Origin: Bacteroidota bacterium
GTDB lineage: Bacteria; Bacteroidota; Ignavibacteria; UBA10030; UBA8401
DNA: 60,910 bases
Direction of reading: 5' to 3'
Assembly: GCA_013361065.1 (NCBI GenBank)
Contig: JABWAK010000004.1
Location: 1 to 60,910 of the forward strand
The position numbers and the translations under genes are program-made. Each line of letters opens with the position of its first letter. The first letter of the stretch is position 1. This document shows positions 26,885-35,580 of the stretch, one piece after another. The notes under the pieces are model-generated. The model was not told the origin of the DNA and did no database searches. It saw only the letters and a list, made by a program, of their open reading frames with translations.

Positions 26885-27865
26885 TCAGAACTGTCTGTTC
26901 AACACCATATCGGAGAACCAGAGGAGCATGGCCCGTGCCGGGGTGTCGCGTAATTTCTCCAGCTGCAGGGTCGCCTGGCGGATATCCTTCTCGATCGATT
27001 CCTTGGCGAGGTCCAGCACGCCGAGCCGGCGGTAGAGTTCCTTCACCTGCGGTACGTTCTTACGGGAGGTCCCCTTGTTCTTGATGATGCTCTGGATGAA
27101 TTTCTTATCCTTCCCCTGCGCCCGTTCGTAAGCGTGGATGAGCAGGAAGGTCTTCTTCCCTTCCACGATATCGCCGCCGATGGTCTTACCGAACTCTTTC
27201 TCGTCCGCCACCACGTCCAGCAGGTCGTCCTGGATCTGGAAGGCACGTCCTATGAGCGTACCGAAGGAGCGGAGGGCGCGGATCTCGCGTTCGGTACCGC
27301 CGCCGATCAGCGCGCCGATCTCGGACGAGACGGAGAAGAGCTTGCCGGTCTTCTTGGCGATCATCAGCAGATAATCCTCCACGGACACATCGTGCATCAG
27401 TTCGAATTCCTTGTCGTACGCCTGGCCTTCGCACACTTCCACGACCCCTTCGGTGAAGACATCGGCCACCTGCGCGATCGCTTTGGAGCGGGTGCGGAGC
27501 AGTTCGCGGTACGCAAGGGCGACCAGCTCATCGCCGACGAGGATCGCCACATTGCTGTCCCACCGCACATGCACCGTCGCGCGTCCGCGGCGCGATTCGG
27601 CATTGTCCATGATATCGTCGTGGACCAGCGTGAAATTGTGCAGCACTTCGATCGCCACGGCGGCGTTCACCGCTTCGTTCATCGTCCCTCCGACCGCTTC
27701 GCAGGAGAGGATGATAAGGAGCGGACGGATCCGCTTGCCGCCGGCGGAGAGGACGTATTTCATCGGATCGTACAGCGAGACCGGTTCGTTCTTCCGGATG
27801 CTGGAACGCATCTTCTGGTCGATGATCGATTTATAGCGCTGGTATTTCTTCTCGTAGGTGTTCAT
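26885..27865 (-). CDS. Polyprenyl diphosphate synthase (trans-IPPS, GGPP/long-chain type)
   Basis: FARM LVHDDIMD and SARM FQIQDDLLD. Confidence 0.9.
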   Translation of the reverse strand: MNTYEKKYQRYKSIIDQKMRSSIRKNEPVSLYDPMKYVLSAGGKRIRPLLIILSCEAVGGTMNEAVNAAVAIEVLHNFTLVHDDIMDNAESRRGRATVHVRWDSNVAILVGDELVALAYRELLRTRSKAIAQVADVFTEGVVEVCEGQAYDKEFELMHDVSVEDYLLMIAKKTGKLFSVSSEIGALIGGGTEREIRALRSFGTLIGRAFQIQDDLLDVVADEKEFGKTIGGDIVEGKKTFLLIHAYERAQGKDKKFIQSIIKNKGTSRKNVPQVKELYRRLGVLDLAKESIEKDIRQATLQLEKLRDTPARAMLLWFSDMVLNRQF

Positions 27866-27904
27866 GGTTTCGATGGCGGAACGGTACTCTTTCGAGTCCT
27901 ACAC

Positions 27905-28292
27905 TTTTTTCTCTGCGATCTTTGCGTGCTCTGCGGTGTACTTTAATAATGTGTCGGCATGAATGCCGACCTGCCGGGCTGCAGCTGTATCATCCTCGAA
28001 CGTTTCCCTTTTTCCTTTGTGTCCTCTGTGACTCTGTGGTGATGCTCTTTTGTGCCAGGCAGATCCTTCGCTCGCCATCTCATCAAATGACGGCTCGCTC
28101 AGAATGACGGTGCTGTTTGAGCTGCATCGAACCCTTCTCGAGCGGTTCCAATTTTTCTCTGCGTTCTTTGCGGGCTCTGCGGTGTATTTTTATCAAGGTG
28201 TCGGCATGAATGCCGACCTACCGGGTTACAATTACATCTTTCTCGATCGTTTCCCTTTTTCCTCTGTGTCCTCTGTGGCTCTGTGGTGATGC
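27905..28292 (+). repeat. Tandem (period 246-247 bp, about 1.6 units) composite modular repeat
   Basis: ctctgcg occurs at 27911 and 28157. gtcggcatgaatgccgac occurs at 27953 and 28200. The nonamer triples lie at 28013-28039 and 28260-28286. Confidence 0.85.
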
Positions 28293-29338
28293 TATTGTAT
28301 TTTTGCCAATGCATTCGATCGTTTCAGCGATTCGATCGTCGGAGCCCCGGTCAGGAACATCACCGCGGTGCATTCCCCGATCCATCGTTCGATCTTGCGA
28401 TGCAGCGCTTTTTCCCCCTCGTCCATCAGCGTTTTGATGAAGGGACGGGCGGCGGCGGTCATATCCGCACCGAGTGCGATCGCTTTGGCACAGTCCATAC
28501 CGGAGGTGATACCGCCGGAGCCGATGACGGTGAGCCCGGGTACGGATGCTTTGAGCGGCACCACCTGCCGGAGCGTATCGGTGGTCCGGATCCCCCAGTC
28601 CCACAACGGATCCCACTGCTGGCGGTCGTTCTTCGCGCGGCGCAGGATCTCCACGCCGGCCCAGCTGGTTCCTCCTGCGCCGGCCACATCGATGTACCGC
28701 ACACCGGCTTCGGTCAGCCGGAGGGCGACATCTGCCGAGATACCGGCGCCGATCTCCTTGACGATCACCGGCACCGGGAGCGACCGTACGAGCATCGCAA
28801 TGCCGTTCAGCACGCCGCGGAAGTTCGTATTCCCTTCCGGCTGGAGCAATTCCTGCAGTGGATTGAGGTGGACGGTGAACGCATCCGCTCCGATCAGTTC
28901 CACCAGCCGCAGTGCATCGGAGGCATCCTTCATCCGCGCCACTTCCGGCGCGCCGATGTTCCCGACGAGCGGGATGTGCGGCGCGGCAGAGCGTGCAACG
29001 GAGAACGATGTATGGTACGTCCGGTCCTCCAGCGCCTGCCTCTGGCTTCCCACCCCCATCGCAAGACCGAATTCGGCACACGCTTCCGCGAGTCTCCGGT
29101 TGATCCGTTCCGCTTCCGGATACCCGCCGGTCATACAGGAGACCATCAGCGGGAACGAGAGCCGCTTGTTCAGGAAGGTGACCGATGTGTCGACCTCCGA
29201 GCGGTCGATCTCCGGCAGTGCGTTATGGATGAACTCCCATTCCTCGAACCCGGCCGACTTCCCGCGGAACGCAACATCCTTCTTCACGGTCAGAGCGACA
29301 TGGTCCCGCTTGCGCGATGGTGTTGTACGCTTCTTCAT
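28292..29338 (-). CDS. fni: Type 2 (FMN-dependent) isopentenyl-diphosphate delta-isomerase
   Basis: 348 aa. KRDHV..., FPLMVSCMTGG, VKEIGAGIS, DVAGAGGTSWAGVE, GSGGITSG. Confidence 0.88.
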   Translation of the reverse strand: MKKRTTPSRKRDHVALTVKKDVAFRGKSAGFEEWEFIHNALPEIDRSEVDTSVTFLNKRLSFPLMVSCMTGGYPEAERINRRLAEACAEFGLAMGVGSQRQALEDRTYHTSFSVARSAAPHIPLVGNIGAPEVARMKDASDALRLVELIGADAFTVHLNPLQELLQPEGNTNFRGVLNGIAMLVRSLPVPVIVKEIGAGISADVALRLTEAGVRYIDVAGAGGTSWAGVEILRRAKNDRQQWDPLWDWGIRTTDTLRQVVPLKASVPGLTVIGSGGITSGMDCAKAIALGADMTAAARPFIKTLMDEGEKALHRKIERWIGECTAVMFLTGAPTIESLKRSNALAKIQ

Positions 29339-29394
29339 TCAAAAAATAATACCCAATAAATGAAGAATATGCAACAAACGGATTCCGGTGATTT

Positions 29395-29919
29395 TCACCG
29401 GCGTGCAGAGGAATGTGAGCGGAGATAGACAAGAGGCCGGAACGCGGTGAGGGCACTGACGACCGCTTTGAAGACGATCTCGCCGAAGATGATGGACGCG
29501 ACCTCCGCTGCCGGGAAGACGCCGGCAAAGGCGATCAGATTGAACAGCAGGCTGTCGAGCGGGATGCTGACGGCATTGCTCTTCAGCACGCGCATCCCCC
29601 AGGTATTGTCGATGAAATGCTGGTAGATCTCCGTATCGGCCGTCTCCGCCAATACGATGGCGATAAGGGATGCCGCCACGATGCGCCATTCCACGCCTCC
29701 CAGCAGCGTCACCGCCAGATTGAGCAGCGCGGCGACCGCGATCATGCCGTACACCTTCCGGCGGCCGAGGGCGCTATGGACACGGTCCCGCGCCGTGAAC
29801 GTGATCCCGAAGATGAACGTGGCAACAGAGACCTGACCGAAGAAGGGGAAATGGATGAACCAGGTGGCGGTGAAATTCGCCGCGAGTGTTGCGCAGATAT
29901 AGAGAAGGGCAAAGAACAT
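29395..29919 (-). CDS. VUT/YhhQ-like (DUF165) membrane protein, putative queuosine-precursor transporter
   Basis: 174 aa, 5-6 TM segments. The call rests on general resemblance only and the protein is shorter than E. coli YhhQ. Confidence 0.45.
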   Translation of the reverse strand: MFFALLYICATLAANFTATWFIHFPFFGQVSVATFIFGITFTARDRVHSALGRRKVYGMIAVAALLNLAVTLLGGVEWRIVAASLIAIVLAETADTEIYQHFIDNTWGMRVLKSNAVSIPLDSLLFNLIAFAGVFPAAEVASIIFGEIVFKAVVSALTAFRPLVYLRSHSSARR

Positions 29920-29924
29920 CGGAA

Positions 29925-29949
29925 ATGAAAATCCCCGCGTATGCGGGGG
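29925..29949 (-). terminator. Hairpin plus T-rich tail downstream of tRNA-Pro
   Basis: The minus strand reads CCCCGC-ATAC-GCGGGG-ATTTTCATTT. Confidence 0.5.
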
Positions 29950-30000
29950 TTAATTGCGGGACCATCACCGGTCCTGTTCCGGAACACCGTGAAAGCGATA

Positions 30001-30078
30001 TGGTCGGGAAGACAGGATTCGAACCTGCGACGTCCTGCTCCCAAAGCAGGTGCTCTAGCCGGGCTGAGCTACTTCCCG
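30001..30078 (-). tRNA. tRNA-Pro (anticodon UGG), CCA encoded
   Basis: Manual fold: acceptor CGGGAAG/CTTCCCG, D arm GCTC-AGCCCGGCTA-GAGC, anticodon arm CCTGC-TTTGGGA-GCAGG (UGG, G37), variable loop ACGTC, T arm GCAGG-TTCGAAT-CCTGT, then discriminator A plus CCA. Confidence 0.9.
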
Positions 30079-30253
30079 AGTGTGACAATCGGTCCTTTCC
30101 AAACCGATCCAGACGGCAGTCTTGACCGGTCACAAGGACCGTGACACCATCAATATAGAAAATTAATCCTGTTCCTCCAAAAGAAGGGTTGAAATGCCCT
30201 CAATTCCACTGTTTCCGGAGCATTCGGCGGCAGCGGTACGGACGTCGGTATGG

Positions 30254-32161
30254 TCAATGCTGGGCAGGCAGTTCTTTCGCGATGGAGAACCAAAATGTTG
30301 CCCCCTCTTCCGGGCTGCCTTCGGCCCAGACGGTACCGCCGAACCGGAGTGCGATCCGTTTCACGGTAGAGAGACCGATGCCGATCCCCTCGAACTGGTC
30401 GTGGGGGTGCAGCCGCTGAAAGATCCCGAATAACTTGTCGGCATGTTCCTGGCTGAATCCCACCCCGTTATCCTTCACATAGAAACGGTACTGCTCCTCC
30501 GTTTCGGCCATACCGATCTCGATGACAGCATGTCCGACCTTGGACGAGTACTTTATGGCATTGGAGATGAGATTGGACCAGATCTGCCGCATCAGCACAG
30601 CATCGCATAGAACGGACGGGAGCGGGTGCACGATGAACTTGATACGCGAATGGTTCTGATCGTGCATCAGGTCCTCGATGACCAGTCCGACCATCGGCGC
30701 AACGTTCACGGTGGTCATGTTCAATTCCTGCCGGCCCACGCGGGAGAGGGTGAGCAATCCGTTGATGAGGAGGTCCATCTTCTTGGTGCTGCTGCGGATG
30801 ACGGACATCAGACGGTGCGCTTCCGTATCGAACAAGTGATCATACTGCTGGCCCAGGATGGCCGTGAAACTGTCGATGGCGCGGATCGGTGCCCGCAGAT
30901 CGTGGGAGACGGAATAGCTGAACGATTCGAGCTCATCATATGCGGCCTGCAGTGCGGCCGTGCGGCTGCGCACCCGCTGTTCGAGCTCATCATTGATGAC
31001 CGCCAGTTCGTCCTCCATCCGCTTCCGCGCCGTGATGTTCCGGCCGATGCCCACGATCCCCTGCACGATGCCGGAACCGTTCCGCAGCGGGGCCAGCGAT
31101 GTGTGGAAGTGCAGGACCTCTGCCCCTATCAGCATCGACCATTCATACTCCACAGATTCCCCGCGGAGCACGCGGAGATTTGCATCGCTGTGAATCTTGG
31201 CCTGCTCCGGCCCGAACAGGTCGGCCGCCGTCCTTCCGATGAACATCTCCGGCGACATCCCCCGGCGCTCCAGCCAGCGGCCGAAGACACCCGTGTGCCG
31301 CTGCTTCGCGTCGAGCGTATAGACGATGTCATCCGTGGAGGTGACGAGCGTCCGGAACTTCGACTCACTCTCCTTCAGCGCCGCTTCGGTCTCCTTCCGC
31401 CGTGCGACCTCCTTCTTGAGCGCCGCGTTCTTCTGTTCGAGCTTCTGGGTCTTCCGCGCGACCTCCTGCTCCAGCCGGATGCTGTACATCGCCTGCAGGT
31501 TCTCGTTCTCCTTTGCGGCCGTCACATCCTCGATGACCACCTTGTAGTTCTCCACCTGTTCGCGGGCGTTGACGGTGGGACTGATGCGGAAGAGATAGTG
31601 TCGTTGCTCTTTGTTCTTGTTCTCGTAGCGCACATCACAGGTGACGGTCTGATTCGTTGTATACAATGAGCGGAGCTGTTTCAGGAACTCGCCATGGGAG
31701 GCACGGGGGATGTACTGGAGCAGGAAGGTCCCCTTCAAGCGGTCGACCGGCCGTTCGAAGAGGTCCACGGCAAAGCGGTTCACTTCAAGGATCTTCCCTT
31801 CGCGCGAGAGGGTGATGTAGCCGATGGGGGCGTTGTCGTACAGTTCATAGAACCGGTGGTAGAGTGTCTGAAGGCTCTGCTGGGACTGGATGAGTTCATC
31901 CTGCTGGATCTCCAGTTCCACCTGATACACCTCGAGCTCATGGAGCAGCGCCTCCAGCTCGTTCTTCAGCTCTCGTCGACCGGGGTTCCCATCCCGCTCC
32001 CGGAGCATCCGCTGGGCGAGGGTGTGCAGTCGCACCATATCGCCGCGGGTGAACCGTTTCTTCACACTTTGGATCGCTTCGGTGATCTTCCGTTTACTGA
32101 TGCGGGGCGGGGCCGGCTTCTTCACGCCGGCAGCCTTCCGAGTCCGTTTCACGATGCTCAT
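30254..32161 (-). CDS. PAS-domain sensor histidine kinase (cytoplasmic, no receiver)
   Basis: N-terminal basic and coiled-coil region (LHELEVYQVELEIQQDELIQSQQSL), two to three PAS domains, HisKA FSYSVSHDLRAP, and a HATPase_c with DNGVGF...GIGIGL. Confidence 0.87.
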   Translation of the reverse strand: MSIVKRTRKAAGVKKPAPPRISKRKITEAIQSVKKRFTRGDMVRLHTLAQRMLRERDGNPGRRELKNELEALLHELEVYQVELEIQQDELIQSQQSLQTLYHRFYELYDNAPIGYITLSREGKILEVNRFAVDLFERPVDRLKGTFLLQYIPRASHGEFLKQLRSLYTTNQTVTCDVRYENKNKEQRHYLFRISPTVNAREQVENYKVVIEDVTAAKENENLQAMYSIRLEQEVARKTQKLEQKNAALKKEVARRKETEAALKESESKFRTLVTSTDDIVYTLDAKQRHTGVFGRWLERRGMSPEMFIGRTAADLFGPEQAKIHSDANLRVLRGESVEYEWSMLIGAEVLHFHTSLAPLRNGSGIVQGIVGIGRNITARKRMEDELAVINDELEQRVRSRTAALQAAYDELESFSYSVSHDLRAPIRAIDSFTAILGQQYDHLFDTEAHRLMSVIRSSTKKMDLLINGLLTLSRVGRQELNMTTVNVAPMVGLVIEDLMHDQNHSRIKFIVHPLPSVLCDAVLMRQIWSNLISNAIKYSSKVGHAVIEIGMAETEEQYRFYVKDNGVGFSQEHADKLFGIFQRLHPHDQFEGIGIGLSTVKRIALRFGGTVWAEGSPEEGATFWFSIAKELPAQH

Positions 32162-32165
32162 CCGT

Positions 32166-35102
32166 TCAGACCGTTCTTTTTTTGATGGGCTGGATGGAGG
32201 TGACCTTGAACTTGTCGCCGCGGTCGTCCTTCAGCATGGTCGCTTCGACGCGGATGGAGATCTCCTTCCCCGATTTCCGGACGACGGTCCACTCTGCCGG
32301 CGGTTCGGTACCGTCCTTCATGAACTGCTGGTACAGCTTGACCGCTTTCTTGCGCATCGGTTCCGGTACGACCGTGGTGAACGGTCTCCCGATCAGTTCG
32401 CTGCGGCGGTACCCGTAGATACGCAGATAGGCATCGTTGAAATCGACGAACATCCCCTTCTCGTCCGTGATGCAGATACCGTGGCGCGATACCTTGAAGA
32501 CGGAGCTGAGGAGCTTCTCGGTAACGGCGAGTTTCCCTTTGATCATCTCGACGTTGGTCACATCGAGATAATTGGTGATGATGGAGACCACCTTCTTGGC
32601 ATCGTTGAACACCGGGAAGAAGTTGATCCGGATGATCGCCGTACCGTGGTTCTTCAGCGGGATGGTGAACTCGTTCCCGGCGGATTCGATCCCGTTCCGC
32701 GCCTCGGTCAGTTTCTCGCTGCAGATGCCGAGCACGGATGCCGGAAGGAACGAGATGATCGACTCGCCCTCCTTGAGTTTCTTGTAGAAGAAGTTCCGGA
32801 ACATTCGGACGGAGGAACGGTTGTACGTGAGGATGCGGAAATCCGTATCCAGCAGCATGAGCCCTTCGGGATTGCTGTTGATGAGGGATGTGAGGTGCAT
32901 CGCCGACCGTTTCAGTTCCTCGTCCTTGCCGGAGATCAGGGAGTTCAGCTGTTTCAGCTCCACATAAGCCGTCTGCAGTTCCTCGTTCGTGGACTGGAGC
33001 TCCTCGTTGCTGGTCTCCAGTTCTTCGTTGGAGGACTGGAGTTCCTCGTTGGTGGACTGCAGCTCCTCGTTCAGGGATTGTAACTCCTCGTTGGAGGTCT
33101 CCAGTTCCTCGACGTAGGTCTGGAGGTGTTCCCGGGTCGCCTGAAGCTCCTTCTCCATCTCCTCCAGCCGCGGATCGATATTGGCGCCGGCCGGCGGCAG
33201 GAAGTACTGCGTCTCCTCCTCGTCATTGAAGAACTCAAAGATGATGATGAAGAGCTCGCTGCTCTGCTGAGTATACAGGAGCGGTTTCGCGATGATCTTC
33301 ACATAATACTTCCGCTCCATGAACTCGAAGCCGCGGATTTTCCCTTTCACCGGCACCCGGTCCTTCACCGCTTTGGTCAGGATAGAATGGAGCTCCAGGT
33401 TCAGCTGTTTATCGATCAGCTTCAGGATGCTCATGTTCACGATCCCCTCGCCGAGGTTCAGCACGAGGCGGACATCGCCGTAGATCTCCTGGATCTCGAA
33501 GTTCTCATTGATGATCACGAACGGATACTCGTACGTCTTGAACAGCGTCTCCTTCACCATCTCGGTGACCGACATCTTCCCCTTGTCCCCGCCGGTGACA
33601 GGGTCGGAGGAGAAGACGCGCGACGGCTGGAAATGCGACATGGCGAACGTGCGTGAGCGGTTGCTGGTGGTCCGTTTGAAGATCTTCGATGCACCGTCCA
33701 CGGTCGAGAAGAGATCGCCGTACTGACCGACGGTCTCGGATTTACCGAGGAAGAGGATCCCTTCGATGTTCAAGGCATAATGGAAGACCGACAGGATGTA
33801 CTTCTGGAGATCGATGTTGAAATAGATGAGCAGATTGCGGCAGCTGACCATGTCCAGTTTCAGGAACGGAGGATTGGCCGTGGCATCGTGTTTGGAGAAG
33901 AGGATCATGGCACGGATGCTCTTGGAGACCTCGAATTTCCCGTCCGGCAGCTTCACGAAATAGGTCTTGATGAGTTTGGACGGTACATTCTCGACCGATG
34001 ATGCCGGGAAGACGCCGCGGCGGGCGGTTTCGAGCGCCTTCTCATCGATATCGGTGGCGAAGATCTGGATGTGGTGGTTGGCGACCCGCTCCCTCAGGAT
34101 GTTCGAGACGATGATCGCGATGGAATAGGCCTCCTCCCCGGTCGAGCACCCGCAGACCCAGATGCGGATCGGTTCGTTCACTGCTTTCCTGGCGATGATG
34201 GATTCGAGGGTCTTCTCGAGCGATGCGATCGCTTCGGTGTCGCGGAAGAACTCGGTGACGCCGATCAGCACCGTCTGGAACAGCTGGTTCAGCTCGGTCG
34301 GATTCTCCTTGACGAACTTCACATAATCCTCGAGCGAGGTCATCTTCAGCAGCGACAGACGCTTCTCCAGCCGGCGTACGATGGTGGTCTGTTTGTACTT
34401 GGAGAAATCGGTCTGCGTCCGCTTGGAGAGCAGATTAAGGATGTCCGTCATCGCATCCTTGGTAGGCAGGAGCGGTGTTTCGATATGCTGCAGATACGAC
34501 GGATTGGTCAGATATTCCCTGATCTCCTCGCCGATCTTCTCCGGTGCCAGGACAAGGTCGACCGCTTCCGTGCGGATAGCGGAGACCGGCATACCGTCGT
34601 ACTTTGCCGTCTGCGGTTCCTGCACGATGGTCAGCCCTCCGGCCCGTTTGATGGCCCGGATGCCGTTCGCTCCGTCGCTGCCCGTACCGGAAAGGATGAT
34701 CCCGATGGTCTTATTCTTCAACTCAAGCGCCAGCGCAGTGAAAAAGGCATCGATGGAAGGTTTGGGTCCGATGACGTGAGCGGATTTATTCAGCAGCAAT
34801 TTGTACTTTTTAATGACGAGCTCATTGTCCGGCGGAGTGATGTAGACGATATTCGGTTCGATCCTCATACCGGATTCGATCTCCACCACTGTACGCTTGG
34901 TCGAACGGCTCAACAGCTGGACCAGCATGCTCTTATATGACGGACTGAGATGCTGAGTGATGATGATCGATATGTTCCGGAGAGAATCCGGCACATGGGA
35001 GAGGAAATCCTGCAACGCTTCGAGTCCTCCTGCCGAGGCACCGACACCGATCACATAGGGGGGAACGAACGCAGGGTGGGATGTGTCCTTTTTTCTTTTC
35101 AT
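32166..35102 (-). CDS. CheB methylesterase - CheR methyltransferase - coiled coil - PAS fusion protein
   Basis: Start at 35102 (MKRKKDTSHPAFVPPYVIGVGASAGGLEAL). CheB-type block GTGSDGANG. CheR SAM-binding block IWVCGCSTGEEAYSIAI. Seven NEELQS heptads are followed by two PAS domains. The ORF-track start 35240 adds 46 unlikely residues. Confidence 0.87.
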   Translation of the reverse strand: MKRKKDTSHPAFVPPYVIGVGASAGGLEALQDFLSHVPDSLRNISIIITQHLSPSYKSMLVQLLSRSTKRTVVEIESGMRIEPNIVYITPPDNELVIKKYKLLLNKSAHVIGPKPSIDAFFTALALELKNKTIGIILSGTGSDGANGIRAIKRAGGLTIVQEPQTAKYDGMPVSAIRTEAVDLVLAPEKIGEEIREYLTNPSYLQHIETPLLPTKDAMTDILNLLSKRTQTDFSKYKQTTIVRRLEKRLSLLKMTSLEDYVKFVKENPTELNQLFQTVLIGVTEFFRDTEAIASLEKTLESIIARKAVNEPIRIWVCGCSTGEEAYSIAIIVSNILRERVANHHIQIFATDIDEKALETARRGVFPASSVENVPSKLIKTYFVKLPDGKFEVSKSIRAMILFSKHDATANPPFLKLDMVSCRNLLIYFNIDLQKYILSVFHYALNIEGILFLGKSETVGQYGDLFSTVDGASKIFKRTTSNRSRTFAMSHFQPSRVFSSDPVTGGDKGKMSVTEMVKETLFKTYEYPFVIINENFEIQEIYGDVRLVLNLGEGIVNMSILKLIDKQLNLELHSILTKAVKDRVPVKGKIRGFEFMERKYYVKIIAKPLLYTQQSSELFIIIFEFFNDEEETQYFLPPAGANIDPRLEEMEKELQATREHLQTYVEELETSNEELQSLNEELQSTNEELQSSNEELETSNEELQSTNEELQTAYVELKQLNSLISGKDEELKRSAMHLTSLINSNPEGLMLLDTDFRILTYNRSSVRMFRNFFYKKLKEGESIISFLPASVLGICSEKLTEARNGIESAGNEFTIPLKNHGTAIIRINFFPVFNDAKKVVSIITNYLDVTNVEMIKGKLAVTEKLLSSVFKVSRHGICITDEKGMFVDFNDAYLRIYGYRRSELIGRPFTTVVPEPMRKKAVKLYQQFMKDGTEPPAEWTVVRKSGKEISIRVEATMLKDDRGDKFKVTSIQPIKKRTV

Positions 35103-35580
35103 GGCTGCTGCTCCTGTTTCCGCATTGATCGGATGACGTATTCGTTGAACTCCGGTCCGGTACTCTGGAACAGCGGTGATCTGAACGATGGGTCGGAAAT
35201 TATTCCGTCTCATTGTAAAAAATCTTTCCCGGCCAGTCAATCGAAATTAGCGCATCGGTTTTTTCGGGTGTCCATAAGAGGACATCTTTGTTCGATTTAG
35301 AATTCGCCGGTCCTCACCTGAATTTCCTGAACACATTAACCTTCCGCCGATGTTTTCCTCACTCTGTGAGGTGCCGCCGGATTCCTTGTTCCGATCAACA
35401 AGGAAAGACACTCCATGGTTTCCCCGATGGGTGCTCACGGCAAGATTGACCGTTCCTGCAAGGATTTTCAGGGATTTCATCACAGTGGAAGCTTCCGGAA
35501 GGGAACGATGCAACGTTTTCGCTAAAATTTGGAATGTTTTTTTTGTATTTTCTTTCGTCCCGATCACTCTATATTATTGA

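Noticed and set aside
27905-28292. A possible CRISPR array or minisatellite in the polyprenyl synthase/fni spacer.
   Set aside because: Only about 1.6 units of a 246-bp composite are present, and there are no short constant repeats alternating with unique spacers. The same modules occur dispersed elsewhere (24439-24680). No cas genes are present.
28218-29363. Several 287-358-aa alternative-frame ORFs over the fni gene on both strands.
   Set aside because: Only the 28292-29338 minus frame carries the type-2 IDI motifs. The others are Arg/Pro/Gly-rich shadows typical of GC-rich coding DNA.
32973-33125. A 21-nt tandem repeat that might be a non-coding array.
   Set aside because: It is in frame within the CheBR-PAS gene and encodes the NEELQS coiled-coil heptads typical of that protein family.
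35247-35567. A 106-aa ORF in the 478-bp divergent spacer between the CheBR gene and the sensor kinase.
   Set aside because: It has no RBS, no motifs and a lower-complexity sequence. The region is more plausibly the shared promoter or regulatory region, and its coding status cannot be supported from sequence alone.
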